From contig CBDFJF010000002.1 in the NCBI GenBank assembly GCA_965248265.1, positions 992,001 to 1,056,000 on the forward strand: DNA of 64,000 nt, in the 5' to 3' direction. Below, piece after piece: positions 30,225-40,249 of this stretch. The notes beneath the pieces are model-generated. The model was given only the letters and a program-made list of their open reading frames with translations, did not search any database and had not been told where the DNA came from. Position numbers and translations under genes: made by a program. Numbering within the stretch: position 1 is the stretch's first letter; the number at the start of each line of letters is the position of its first letter. The stretch comes from Candidatus Latescibacterota bacterium (GTDB taxonomy: Bacteria; Latescibacterota; UBA2968; UBA8231).

Positions 30225-30536
30225 ATGAATTCATTCTCGCACATAGACGTGGATGTCGCCAGGGAAAAACTGGATGCCGACGAGGCCATCTTCGTCGACA
30301 TCAGGGACGGCGACTCGCGCCGGGACGGACACATCGCCGGCTCGGTGCATCTGACGGACGAGACCGTCGAAGGGTTTTTGAGTGCCACTGATACGGAGCG
30401 GCCCGTCATCGTCTACTGTTACCATGGCAACAGCAGCCAGATGGCTGCGCAGTTCCTGGTAGAGCGCGGCTTTTCGGAGGTGTACAGCATGGACGGCGGT
30501 TATGAGGCATGGGCGAGCAGGCATCCCGAGCTGTAA
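30225..30536 (+). CDS. glpE: Thiosulfate sulfurtransferase (single rhodanese domain)
   Basis: VDIRD, GHIAG, VYCYHGNSSQ, YSMDGGYEAW. Confidence 0.88.
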   Translation: MNSFSHIDVDVAREKLDADEAIFVDIRDGDSRRDGHIAGSVHLTDETVEGFLSATDTERPVIVYCYHGNSSQMAAQFLVERGFSEVYSMDGGYEAWASRHPEL

Positions 30537-33500
30537 TGAGCTCCTCGCCTCCAATGGATTCGAGCCGAGGATTGCGCATCGCCCGTCGGTACCGGGCCAC
30601 TGATGCCGTAGTGCCGTGGCTCACCGCGGCTCTGGTCTTGCTCGGAGCCCCATTGGGTGCACAGCACGCCGGCACTGGAGTCAGCATCCAGATTCTGGAA
30701 CAGCACCCTGACCGTCTGCGGTTGGTCTACTCCGTCGGATCTTCCGTAAACGACGCGATGCAGGAAGGTGGCCCGATTTCGGCCGGGTTGTTGGGGTCCC
30801 TGTGTGAGACCAGTGTGGTCGGGATCCCACTTGCTGGAGAGGTTGAGCTGGAGATCGTCGAGGTGAGTCCGGCCGGCACCTTCGGCATGCCTGTGTTACC
30901 TGACGGGGAATGGGATCTGCGACTGGATGGGCCGGTCTCCCTGGGCGAACCGGGCTTCGTGCGCAACCAACGCGTTGTCCAGGTGAATTTTACCCCCCGT
31001 GCCGCGGATGGTGGTAGTCAGGTGCAACTGTTCACGAGAGTGGTTGCAGACCTGCGTTTCGCCGTCGGGTCTCATCGTGCGGGCTATCGCCATCCGGTAT
31101 CCAGCTGGGAGGAGCAATTCTACAAACATGCACTCATCAACTACGAGCAGGCCATCGCCTGGCGGCAGACACCGGCAGTGGCCAAGCCAGTTGCCGAGGA
31201 AGGCACAGCCCCGGATCGAGTCAGAATCACCGTGCGGCAACAGGGGATTCACCGACTCACGGGAGAGGATCTGGCCGACGCTGGGGTCTCGCTGAGCGAG
31301 ATCGACCCTGACGCAATCCGCATGTGGTACGGAGGCGGAGTCACCCTCGGGTTATCCAGACAGCCCCATTTTGGCGCCCGCCTGCGCGAGATCCCGATCG
31401 CCGTGGACGATGACGACGGCCGTTTCGACAGCGCTGACGCCGTCATGTTTTACGGCGAGCCGACCGAACGCTGGGTGTTCTCCAGCAGCAACGGCGGTGA
31501 GTACTCCTGGCGGCAAAACCCCTACACTCGGGACAACGTGTACTTCCTGGAGTGGGCGGTTGAGGGCAGTGGCTTTCGCGCCGGAACCGTTTCCGGGGCT
31601 CTGTCGGAGCCGGATGTGATTCAGTCGGACCGCTACCGCGAGCGTGTCCATGAGGAGGATGACGGGGATACGATCATCGAACTGTTGGGTATCAAGTCCG
31701 GCTATGACTGGTATTGGGAAACATTTCGGGGCAACGTCAAGGAGTTCTCCTCGTCCCTTTGGGACGTGGTGCCGGAGCAACCGGTCGATGTCAACGTCAG
31801 CTTCTGGGGCTTCAGTGAGGGCAGGCACCAGTTCGAGATTAAGTGGAACGACAGGTCGATCGGCGTTCACAGCTTTTCGGGATCGGGTGTCGGGACCCTG
31901 ACTGCCATCGCCACACGGGGCACGCTGGAGGGGGCGAACCAGCTCAGCCTGTCTCACCGGGACAACACGGCGACCCGGCTGGATTGGTACGAACTGGAAT
32001 ACAGCCGCGCGTTGCGTGCTCGCGACGGTGCGGTGTCCTTTGACTGGTTGAGCGCGACCGGTTTGACGAGTGATGAAGTGTCCAGCGCCAACTCCACAGC
32101 CCAATTCCTGCTGTCCGGCTTCGAGGATGGCCGACCCAGGATCTTCGAGTTCAGGGCACTCCGTACCCTGAAAGAAATCGTCGATTTCGAATACGACGAC
32201 GCGACCGGTTCTGCAACCTTTCAAGGTCTGTACACCGGTTCTGGCACACCACCCCAGTTCCTCGCGATGGGCGATGACGGCTGGAAACGCCCTGCAACGG
32301 TCGAGGCGAAGAGTCATGCCCGGTTGAAGACGTCCGACAACGGAGCCGAGTACGTCATCATCACACACGAGGACTTCCGTGCGGCGGCCGACAGGTTGGC
32401 AGCCTGGCGCGCTGTCGATGACCGCTTTGGACCGCCGCTGACGACGCACGTGGCTGACGTAGAGGATATCTACGACGAGTTTTCCGCCGGCCTGCTCGAC
32501 CCCATGGCGATTCGCAGCTTTGTCAACTTCGCAGTCGACAACTGGGATCCCGCCCCCGTTTTCATCCTGCTGATGGGGGACGGCACCTACGATTACAAGA
32601 ATAACTTCGGGAACAGCCACACCAACTGGATACCCCCTTATCAGGATGGCGCTAGCATGTACGACGAGTGGTACGTCCGTATCGAGGGGGACGATGATCT
32701 GCCCGATCTCGCCATCGGTAGGCTGCCGGTCGGCTCGACGAGCGAAGCGGATGCAGTCGTCGACAAACTCATCTCATACGATCGAGATCCCGAAATCGGA
32801 CCGTGGCAAGCGCGGGTGCTGCTGGTGTCCGACGACCGGGTGAATCCGACCTCCAAAAAGGACGAGCCTTTCTTCGTCCGTGACGCAGAGAGGTTGGCAG
32901 CATTCTCTGTGCCGCTGGATATGGATATCTCGAAGCTCTACTTCGGTGAATTCCACCTCGAGGGACGGACAAAGCCCGCAGCACGCGAAGCCTTTGTCAA
33001 GCGGTTCAACGAGGGGGCTCTAATCCTGACCTACGTGGGCCACGGCAATCCTGAGACGATCGCACACGAGCAGGTGTTCGTACTGTCCCGCGACATCGAG
33101 AGCATCGACAACGGCCGTCGACTCCCGCTGGTGTACACCGCAGCCAGTCAGGTCGGGGTGTTCGACGAACCATCGCGGCGGTCGATGCCCGAAGTCTTCA
33201 TCAACGATCCGGATGGAGGTGTCATCGGTTTCATTTCCGCCACTCGAGTGGGCATCCACATCAGCAACATGAACCTGGCCAGGGAGTTTCACAAGATCAT
33301 GTACAGGAGTGGGGATGACCGGGTCCCGGTGGGATTGGCGTTGACCATTGCCAAGCAACGCGCCCCGGCTTCGATAAAAGATCGCATCAACATTCAACGT
33401 TATTCGTTGCTCGGCGATCCGGCGCAGATCCTCAACCGACCCTTCCTCAAGGTGCAGATCGAGGCGCCCGACTCGCTCAACGCGTTTCAGGAAGTCCATG

Positions 33501-34432
33501 TTCAAGGGCAGGTGCAGGACGCATCTGGGAGAGCGCTTACAGACTACGAGGGCGAAGCGCTGGTTCAGGTATTCGACTCCGCTGCGTTGAGCCTGACCGA
33601 AGGGAGACGATGGGAAAAGCCGGGGGCACCGATCTTCCGCTCACTGACTCCTGTCAGAGACGGCGTGTTCGAGGCCGTGTTCCGGGTGCCAAGGGATATC
33701 AGCTACCGGGAATCCAAGGGTCGTATCAGTGCGTACGTCTGGGGTGAGGGAATGCCGACCGCCTTCGGATCGGCGAGCGGTATCGCCGTAGGCGGTGCCT
33801 TGCCGGGCATCACCCCCGACGGCGACGGTCCGGCAGTGACGCTGGCCTTCAATGGGGTAGAGTTTCGGGAAGGGGGCGTTGTTCCCAACCGGGCGGTCCT
33901 CACAGCGTCGATCGAAGACGAGAGCGGCATCAATATCACGGGAGACGTCGGACACGAGATCGAGCTTGAGATCGACGACGACCTGTTTACGGTGACCGAT
34001 TCATACAACAGCCAACATGGCAACTACCAGACTGGCATGCTCAAGTTCGAGTTGCCGGAACTGGAGCCGGGAAGTCACGATCTCAGCCTGAGGATCTGGG
34101 ACAACTCCAACAATTCTTCGCGGGTAGAGGCGGTCTTTGTGGTTGCCGAGCAGGCTCTTTCGTCAGTGGTTTTCCATCCCAACCCCATGCAGACTCAGGG
34201 GCACTTCACCTACGTGCTGAAGTCGGACGTGCACGCCGTCAGCATAAAGGTCTTCACCTTGTCGGGCAGGCTTATAGGCGAGATTGGCGGCAGCGGGAAG
34301 GGCGGCTACAACCAGGTTTCCTGGGAGCTGCCGGCGGGGCTGGCAAATGGCGTCTACCTGTATCGAATCCAGGTTACTAGTGAAGATGGGTTCGAGTTCG
34401 AGGCGACCTCCGCAATGCAGGTTCTGCGTTGA
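30536..34432 (+). CDS. PorU-like C25 (gingipain family) protein with a C-terminal CTD/FlgD-Ig sorting domain; nucleophile position is Ser
   Basis: Propeptide-like N-terminus, EYVIITH, DIYDEFSAG, LLMGDGTYD, AIGRLP, YVGHG, LLGDP; tail HPNPM..IKVFTLSGRLI..ANGVYLYRI; start uncertain (30509 or 30536). Confidence 0.85.
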   Translation: MSSSPPMDSSRGLRIARRYRATDAVVPWLTAALVLLGAPLGAQHAGTGVSIQILEQHPDRLRLVYSVGSSVNDAMQEGGPISAGLLGSLCETSVVGIPLAGEVELEIVEVSPAGTFGMPVLPDGEWDLRLDGPVSLGEPGFVRNQRVVQVNFTPRAADGGSQVQLFTRVVADLRFAVGSHRAGYRHPVSSWEEQFYKHALINYEQAIAWRQTPAVAKPVAEEGTAPDRVRITVRQQGIHRLTGEDLADAGVSLSEIDPDAIRMWYGGGVTLGLSRQPHFGARLREIPIAVDDDDGRFDSADAVMFYGEPTERWVFSSSNGGEYSWRQNPYTRDNVYFLEWAVEGSGFRAGTVSGALSEPDVIQSDRYRERVHEEDDGDTIIELLGIKSGYDWYWETFRGNVKEFSSSLWDVVPEQPVDVNVSFWGFSEGRHQFEIKWNDRSIGVHSFSGSGVGTLTAIATRGTLEGANQLSLSHRDNTATRLDWYELEYSRALRARDGAVSFDWLSATGLTSDEVSSANSTAQFLLSGFEDGRPRIFEFRALRTLKEIVDFEYDDATGSATFQGLYTGSGTPPQFLAMGDDGWKRPATVEAKSHARLKTSDNGAEYVIITHEDFRAAADRLAAWRAVDDRFGPPLTTHVADVEDIYDEFSAGLLDPMAIRSFVNFAVDNWDPAPVFILLMGDGTYDYKNNFGNSHTNWIPPYQDGASMYDEWYVRIEGDDDLPDLAIGRLPVGSTSEADAVVDKLISYDRDPEIGPWQARVLLVSDDRVNPTSKKDEPFFVRDAERLAAFSVPLDMDISKLYFGEFHLEGRTKPAAREAFVKRFNEGALILTYVGHGNPETIAHEQVFVLSRDIESIDNGRRLPLVYTAASQVGVFDEPSRRSMPEVFINDPDGGVIGFISATRVGIHISNMNLAREFHKIMYRSGDDRVPVGLALTIAKQRAPASIKDRINIQRYSLLGDPAQILNRPFLKVQIEAPDSLNAFQEVHVQGQVQDASGRALTDYEGEALVQVFDSAALSLTEGRRWEKPGAPIFRSLTPVRDGVFEAVFRVPRDISYRESKGRISAYVWGEGMPTAFGSASGIAVGGALPGITPDGDGPAVTLAFNGVEFREGGVVPNRAVLTASIEDESGINITGDVGHEIELEIDDDLFTVTDSYNSQHGNYQTGMLKFELPELEPGSHDLSLRIWDNSNNSSRVEAVFVVAEQALSSVVFHPNPMQTQGHFTYVLKSDVHAVSIKVFTLSGRLIGEIGGSGKGGYNQVSWELPAGLANGVYLYRIQVTSEDGFEFEATSAMQVLR

Positions 34433-34472
34433 TTTGAGGAGCAGCGTCCCGACGGTCAGGCACGGATTTTCA

Positions 34473-35939
34473 TCAGGGGAGGGTGAACTGGTTCATGTCG
34501 TTGGTACCCTGCCAGTAGTCCGGGTGATGCGGGCCATTGGTTTCACCCCATTGATGTAGCAACGGAGTGTATTGCTTACGCTTCCTGGTCACTTCCTGCT
34601 GAATCCAACCCCCATCCCATCCGCGCCGGACTTTTTCGAGCAACCGTTCACGTACCTGCGCGTGCGCGGGGTCACTGGCCAGATCGTTGAATTCCTCCGG
34701 ATCTTCAGCCACGTTGAACAGCATCGGGGTATCGTTGCCGTGATAATGAACCAGCTTCCACTGGTCCTCGCGAATCATGCGCCCCGGGGGAACGTTCAGT
34801 GTGTTGTAGTGTTCGGAATAGGTTTCATTCTCCCAATCGTCGCAGGCACCGTTGGCGAGAAAGCCGTGCAGGCTGCGGCCGCGAATGTGGTGGGGGAAGT
34901 GCTCGATGCCAGCCAAATCCAGCAAGGTCGGGGCGATGTCGACGAGATTCACGATGCGGTCTATGGTGAGGCCTTCAGAGAACTGGCCGGGCCAAGAGGC
35001 CATCAACGGCACTCTCACTGAGCCTTCGAAGAAGTTGCTCTTCCAGAACATGCCATGCTCACCCGCCATTTCGCCGTGATCGGAGCAGTAGATGACGATG
35101 GTGTTGTCGGCGATGGCTGATCGCTGCAGCGACTCGAGCATGCGCCCCACCAGGTTGTCCAAGTAGGTGACCATACCGTAGTAGGCTTCGCGCACCCGCT
35201 TGGTGATCACCGGGTCGATACAGGTGATGCCGCGATCGGCTATCCATTGATTGATCAGCGGGTGGAGCTGTTCGAAATAGTCCTCTGGGAGACGCGGCGG
35301 GGAAGGTACCTTGTCGTGGTAGGAGTCGAATAGGTCTTCGTCGATGACGAACGGACAGTGGGGTAGAAAGGTCCCGACGACCATGCACAACGGCCGTTCG
35401 TCCTGGCGCGTGTCGAGGAAATCGACACAGGCATCCGTCACCTGGTCGTCGTAGTCGAGAGCGTAGGAACGTCCCGGGCCCGAGAAACTGGCGGCATGCA
35501 ATGACTGCCCCATGGCCTCCCACATGTCTTTCATCAGCTGGTCGGCATCCGGACGCAGCTGGCGATGGTGGACACCAGTGATATCACCGACGAGTCGCTT
35601 TTCGAAGCCGTGGCGCTGGTCGGGGCCGCAAAAGTGCATGCGACCGCACAGCACGGTCTCATAGCCACCAATCCCGAGTGCATGAGCGAAGGTCGGGATG
35701 TCTGAACCCAGGATATCCTCGTTGCACCAGGCTCGAGTGTCGGACGGGTACTGCCCGGTCATGAAGGCCATACGCGCCGGAACGCACAGCGGCGAGGCGG
35801 TGTAGCATTGATCGAAGCGCACACCCCCCGTGGCGAGCCGGTCCAGGTTTGGGGTACGGATGACGTCATCGCCAGCGCATCCGATGGTGCCGGCGTGGTG
35901 TTGGTCAGACATGATGATGAGGAAATTCGGTCGCTCCAT
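34473..35939 (-). CDS. Formylglycine-dependent sulfatase (choline-sulfatase-like)
   Basis: RPNFLIIMSDQH, CVPAR motif, GRMH, SDHGEM.GEHG..WK. Confidence 0.92.
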   Translation of the reverse strand: MERPNFLIIMSDQHHAGTIGCAGDDVIRTPNLDRLATGGVRFDQCYTASPLCVPARMAFMTGQYPSDTRAWCNEDILGSDIPTFAHALGIGGYETVLCGRMHFCGPDQRHGFEKRLVGDITGVHHRQLRPDADQLMKDMWEAMGQSLHAASFSGPGRSYALDYDDQVTDACVDFLDTRQDERPLCMVVGTFLPHCPFVIDEDLFDSYHDKVPSPPRLPEDYFEQLHPLINQWIADRGITCIDPVITKRVREAYYGMVTYLDNLVGRMLESLQRSAIADNTIVIYCSDHGEMAGEHGMFWKSNFFEGSVRVPLMASWPGQFSEGLTIDRIVNLVDIAPTLLDLAGIEHFPHHIRGRSLHGFLANGACDDWENETYSEHYNTLNVPPGRMIREDQWKLVHYHGNDTPMLFNVAEDPEEFNDLASDPAHAQVRERLLEKVRRGWDGGWIQQEVTRKRKQYTPLLHQWGETNGPHHPDYWQGTNDMNQFTLP

Positions 35940-36018
35940 GTATGCTCTTTCTCCGTTTGCTGTGATTATAGGACAGCCCCACGCCCCGAAACAGTTTGAC
36001 TTTTTATCGCTCAGCCTA

Positions 36019-36055
36019 TTGCGCCACAAGCGAAAGTAAGTTATCGTTTACTTAC
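36019..36055 (+). promoter_or_regulatory. Sigma70-like promoter overlapped by a palindromic TetR-type operator
   Basis: TTGCGC-17 nt-TATCGT; inverted repeat GTAAGT-N8-ACTTAC (36036-36055) directly before the tetR ATG. Confidence 0.55.
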
Positions 36056-36056
36056 C

Positions 36057-36647
36057 ATGAGGCCGAGCCGAAAAAAAGAGATAATCGCCGCCGCCATTCA
36101 GGAGCTTGCCAGGCACGGGGTCAACGGATCAACCGTGCGTCGCATCGCCGCTTCTGCAGGTGTCACAGAGGGGGCCATTTACCGGCATTTTGCCAGCAAG
36201 GAAGAGCTGTGCGATGAGGCCTACAGCCAGATCGTTGCCGAAATGGCCGAACAGAAGAAGGAGATCCTGGAGAGCGGCGATCCAGTCGAAGAAAAGTTGC
36301 GAAATTGGGTCCGGGTTACTTACGAGTATTTCGATCTATATCCAGAGGCCTTCAGCTATGTCTTGCTCGCAACCCACGACTTCTCGCCAACTCTTCAGGA
36401 GATCGCCACCAGGCAAGGGCACCTGATGATGCAGTTGATGGAGAAAGTGGTCGCCGCAGGCGACAAGCCGGCCAGGTCTGCCTCGATTGCCTGGAGCCAC
36501 TTCATCGGAATCATGCTCAACATACCGCGGTCGATAAACGAATCGATTCTGCAGGGTCCTGCTGTACATTACGTCGATGACGTGATGCTGGCTGTCGGCA
36601 GCATTTTCGGTCTGCCGCAGTCAACGGAGGTCGAGGAGGGGGTCTGA
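36057..36647 (+). CDS. TetR/AcrR family transcriptional regulator
   Basis: N-terminal HTH TVRRIAASAGVTEGAIYRHFASKEEL. Confidence 0.92.
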   Translation: MRPSRKKEIIAAAIQELARHGVNGSTVRRIAASAGVTEGAIYRHFASKEELCDEAYSQIVAEMAEQKKEILESGDPVEEKLRNWVRVTYEYFDLYPEAFSYVLLATHDFSPTLQEIATRQGHLMMQLMEKVVAAGDKPARSASIAWSHFIGIMLNIPRSINESILQGPAVHYVDDVMLAVGSIFGLPQSTEVEEGV

Positions 36648-36648
36648 T

Positions 36649-37479
36649 TTGATAAAACCAATTCTGCTCAGTGCCGTCGTATTTGCGACGATGCTGGCGC
36701 TGCCACAGCAGGCGGCGGCAGGGGCGTGGACGCAGAGCGAGCGCGGCTACTACCTCAAGCTTGCCGGCCTGTCCTTTACGACAACGGAGGAGCTGGATGC
36801 GGATGGCGAAAGTCTGCCGCGGCCCGGTGATGACGAGTTGACCGATGTCGGCCTTAGCGCCTATCTCGAGTACGGACTCACCGACAGACTGACACTCGTC
36901 GCCAGCCTACCCTACAAACAGGTCGAGGAGACTCGTGTCATCGGCGGCCGTCCATTTGGGGCGAGCTCCAGCGGATTCGGGGATCTCGAAACCCGTCTGC
37001 GTTGGCTGCTGAGGACTGATCCAGTGGTGCTGTCCGTCGCTCTCGGCGGCAAGCTACCCACTGGGTACGAGGTTTCTGACCGTGTACCTCTGGGCACCGG
37101 CGAGGCCGACGCTGATGTGCGTCTGCTGGCGGGACGCTCATTCTACCCGTTGCCATTGTACACGACTGGTGAACTCGGGTATCGGAAGCGAGGAGGACGC
37201 TTCAGCGACGAGGTCCTGTTTGCGGCTGAGGCCGGGTACACCATCGATAAACTGATGCTGAAGGCCAACCTGTCCGGTGTGCGCACGCTGGGAGACTGCG
37301 GCGACGCCAGTCAGGGCGGTGGGCTGATCGGCGATCAGAATACCTTCAAGTTGTCCCCGGGGCTCATTTACAGCGTGCGCCCTCAATGGCAGTTGAGTCT
37401 CGATACGATCAGCGTTGCACACGGATGCAACACCGCGACCGGAACGACTTTCATCGTCGGCGCGGCCTACAAACGATAA
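36649..37479 (+). CDS. Exported, probable outer-membrane beta-barrel protein
   Basis: Signal ending AAAGAWT, YLEYGLTDRLT, GFGDLE, KLPTGY, amphipathic strands. Confidence 0.65.
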   Translation: MIKPILLSAVVFATMLALPQQAAAGAWTQSERGYYLKLAGLSFTTTEELDADGESLPRPGDDELTDVGLSAYLEYGLTDRLTLVASLPYKQVEETRVIGGRPFGASSSGFGDLETRLRWLLRTDPVVLSVALGGKLPTGYEVSDRVPLGTGEADADVRLLAGRSFYPLPLYTTGELGYRKRGGRFSDEVLFAAEAGYTIDKLMLKANLSGVRTLGDCGDASQGGGLIGDQNTFKLSPGLIYSVRPQWQLSLDTISVAHGCNTATGTTFIVGAAYKR

Positions 37480-37505
37480 GGATCGCTGGATAAACGAGTG
37501 GAGGA

Positions 37506-38516
37506 ATGATCATGCCCAAGAGAGGTTGGGAAATCCCGGAGCGAGAGGCGACACCAGAGGAAGTGTTTCTCAATCGCCGCAAGTTCATACGGTCGGTGGG
37601 ACTGGCCAGTATCGGCGCTGTCGCAGGCTGCAGTAGCGGCAATAACGGCACCGGCCCGGTCGACGACACTGGAGATCCTGTTGTGATCGATGAGGGCCCC
37701 GGTGACATCACCACGCAGCTGTACCCGGCGGCGACCAACTCTGCTTTCGAGACGCTGGACCGTCCCCTCACGGACGAGACTATTGCGGGCCAATACAACA
37801 ATTTCTGGGAATTCACCATCAACAAGGACGTCCACCGGCACATCGATGACTTCGAATCTCGCCCCTGGACGATGGAGGTTAGGGGGTTGGTCCAGAATCC
37901 CCAGACCTACGATATCGATGCCTTGACAAGGGCGATGCCCCTCGAGGAACGTCTGTACCGGCATCGGTGCGTCGAGGCCTGGTCCATGGCCTTTCCGTGG
38001 ACGGGCTTTCCGATGAAGGCATTGATGGACGTGGTGCAACCGCTGTCGGCCGCTCGCTACGTCAAGATGACCTCGTTCTTGAGGCCCGAGCAGGCAAAGG
38101 GTCAGTGGGACCGGCCGCAATATCCCTGGGCCTACACCGAAGCACTCACCATCGACGAGGCGGCCAACGAACTGACCCTGCTGGCCACCGGTATTTACGG
38201 TCACGAGCTGCCCGACGTGCACGGCGCTCCCATCCGTCTGGTGGTTCCGTGGAAATACGGATTCAAAGGGGTCAAGTCGATCGTGCGGATGGAGTTCACG
38301 AGAATAAAGCCCGCCACGTTCTGGAACGAGCTGCAGCCGAACGAGTACGGCTTCTTCTCCAACGTCAATCCCGACTCACCCCACCGGCGCTGGCCACAGG
38401 ACGAAGAGCGCTTCTACGAAAAAACATGGACCCACAGGCCGACGCTGTTGTTCAACGGCTACGCCGACTACGTGGGCCACCTGTACAACGACGACCAGCT
38501 GGACGCCCTGGCGTAA
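37506..38516 (+). CDS. msrP: Protein-methionine-sulfoxide reductase catalytic subunit (Tat lipoprotein)
   Basis: TPEEVFLNRRKF Tat motif with lipobox-like VAGC; YNNFWEF, RHRCVEAWSM, HGAPIRLVVPWKYGFK, YGFFSNVNP, TLLFNGY. Confidence 0.92.
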   Translation: MIMPKRGWEIPEREATPEEVFLNRRKFIRSVGLASIGAVAGCSSGNNGTGPVDDTGDPVVIDEGPGDITTQLYPAATNSAFETLDRPLTDETIAGQYNNFWEFTINKDVHRHIDDFESRPWTMEVRGLVQNPQTYDIDALTRAMPLEERLYRHRCVEAWSMAFPWTGFPMKALMDVVQPLSAARYVKMTSFLRPEQAKGQWDRPQYPWAYTEALTIDEAANELTLLATGIYGHELPDVHGAPIRLVVPWKYGFKGVKSIVRMEFTRIKPATFWNELQPNEYGFFSNVNPDSPHRRWPQDEERFYEKTWTHRPTLLFNGYADYVGHLYNDDQLDALA

Positions 38517-38539
38517 CGAGGCAGTGTGAAAGCAAGCCG

Positions 38540-40249
38540 CTAAGAAAACGCTTGTTTCTTGGAAGCCAGAAATGGTCCGAGGATGAGGTGATTCAGGCCC
38601 GAATTCACGAGCACGTGCACGGCCTCGGCAGGTGAACCGACGATCGGAGAGCCGTGCAGGTTGAAGGAGGTATTGAGCAGCACACTGCGGCCGGTAAGTT
38701 CCCGAAAACGGACCAGGATATCCTCGTACTCCTGATTCTGTCCCGGTTCGAGCAACTGCGGCCTGGCTGTCAGATCCGCATTGTGGACGGCCGCCATCAG
38801 TTCGTCGCGTTTGTCGGTGGAGTCGAAGGTGTTCATCATGTAGGGCGAAGGCAGGTCCTTCGCATTGACGAAATAGCGCTCGCCCTCCGAGCGCAGGACG
38901 ACCGGCGCGAACGGCATCCAGAAATCCCGTTTCTTGATCATCTGATTGATGACGCGGACGACATCCTGGTTGATGGGATCGGCGAGGATGGAACGGTTGC
39001 CCAGCGCTCGCGCACCGAATTCCATCCCTCCCGTGGCGCGTGCGATCACCTCGCCCGAAGCCAGCAACTGCGCCGCTCGCTGCGCCATATCAGCAGGCTC
39101 TTCAACCGCGATGTCCTCTGTCTCCCGCAGCGCCGCCTGGCAGTCGTTCCGCAGGAAGTCCGGCCCCAAGTAGAAATGCTTCAGCGGCTGGATCTGCTCA
39201 CCCTTTTCCGCTGCGGCCAGGTAACAGGCACCCAACGACAGGGTCTCGTCCGAACATGAGGGAAACGCCTGGAAATAGTCGACCTGATCCAACTCCGAGA
39301 GCACCTTGTTGGCCTTGACGTTCATGAAGACACCGCCGGCCGCCAGAATTCTGCCGATCTTGAGCTTCTCTACGCATGCGGTTGCCCAGGCGGCCATTGC
39401 TCTCTCGGTGAACGACTGCAACCCGGCGCAGATGTTGTCGAAGCGCTGTCGCACCAGGGCTTTTTCCAGGCGGGGTCCCAGCTGAGCCAGGGGCTCGGGC
39501 ACCCTGCGTTTGAAGCGCAACGGATTACCGGGGTCCAGGCCGAGGTAGGATTCCAACAGCCGGGCCACTTCCTCGCCGTACCCGGATGCCGCGTAGGGGG
39601 CCATACCCATAAGCTTGTACTCATGCTCCAGCGGCATGAAGCCGAGCAGATGGGTGGTGACGGCATAGATTTCACCGAGGCTGTCCGCCTGGGGAATCGT
39701 CTCAACCAGTTCAAGCTCTCCCGCTCGTCCTATCCAGACCGATCCAGAGAGCCCGTCGCCGCCGCCGTCCAGGGTGAGGACTAGGTAGGGATCATCATCC
39801 TGGCGCAAGCCGTAATAGGCGGTGGCCGCATGGGTTCGGTGGTGGTCGTAGAACACGATCCTGTCGTCGGGAAATCCCCACGAGGCGACCGCCTCCCGTC
39901 GCTGCTCCATGCGCTGATTCGTCCGCAGCTTGCGGTAAGAGCTGCTGCCGGCCATGGATCGAGCCAGGCGTTGCGTGAGGGGTGGATGGTAGCGCTGCTC
40001 GAAGGCCTTTTTCATGTAGCCGGGCGGTTGCGGAGTTTGGAGGTATTTCGAGGCGATGCAGACGGCGTCGAAGTCACCGGGTTGGGCGCCCGCGGCGGCC
40101 ATGCTGGCCAGGACCGCCCTTTCAGGAAGACCGAAGTAGTTCTTGACTCCCGTCAGGCGTTCCTCCTGAATGGCGGTATGAATGCGTCCGTCGCGGAAAA
40201 CGGCCGCAGAGGCGTTGTGACCGTCGTAGATGCCCAGGTACGACATCAA
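38540..40249 (-). CDS. O-carbamoyltransferase (NodU/CmcH family)
   Basis: GHNASAA..QEERL, HHRTHA, LDGGGD, EYKLMGMAPY, GGVFMNVKAN, EFGARALGNRSIL, LLNTSFNLHG. Confidence 0.92.
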   Translation of the reverse strand: MMSYLGIYDGHNASAAVFRDGRIHTAIQEERLTGVKNYFGLPERAVLASMAAAGAQPGDFDAVCIASKYLQTPQPPGYMKKAFEQRYHPPLTQRLARSMAGSSSYRKLRTNQRMEQRREAVASWGFPDDRIVFYDHHRTHAATAYYGLRQDDDPYLVLTLDGGGDGLSGSVWIGRAGELELVETIPQADSLGEIYAVTTHLLGFMPLEHEYKLMGMAPYAASGYGEEVARLLESYLGLDPGNPLRFKRRVPEPLAQLGPRLEKALVRQRFDNICAGLQSFTERAMAAWATACVEKLKIGRILAAGGVFMNVKANKVLSELDQVDYFQAFPSCSDETLSLGACYLAAAEKGEQIQPLKHFYLGPDFLRNDCQAALRETEDIAVEEPADMAQRAAQLLASGEVIARATGGMEFGARALGNRSILADPINQDVVRVINQMIKKRDFWMPFAPVVLRSEGERYFVNAKDLPSPYMMNTFDSTDKRDELMAAVHNADLTARPQLLEPGQNQEYEDILVRFRELTGRSVLLNTSFNLHGSPIVGSPAEAVHVLVNSGLNHLILGPFLASKKQAFS

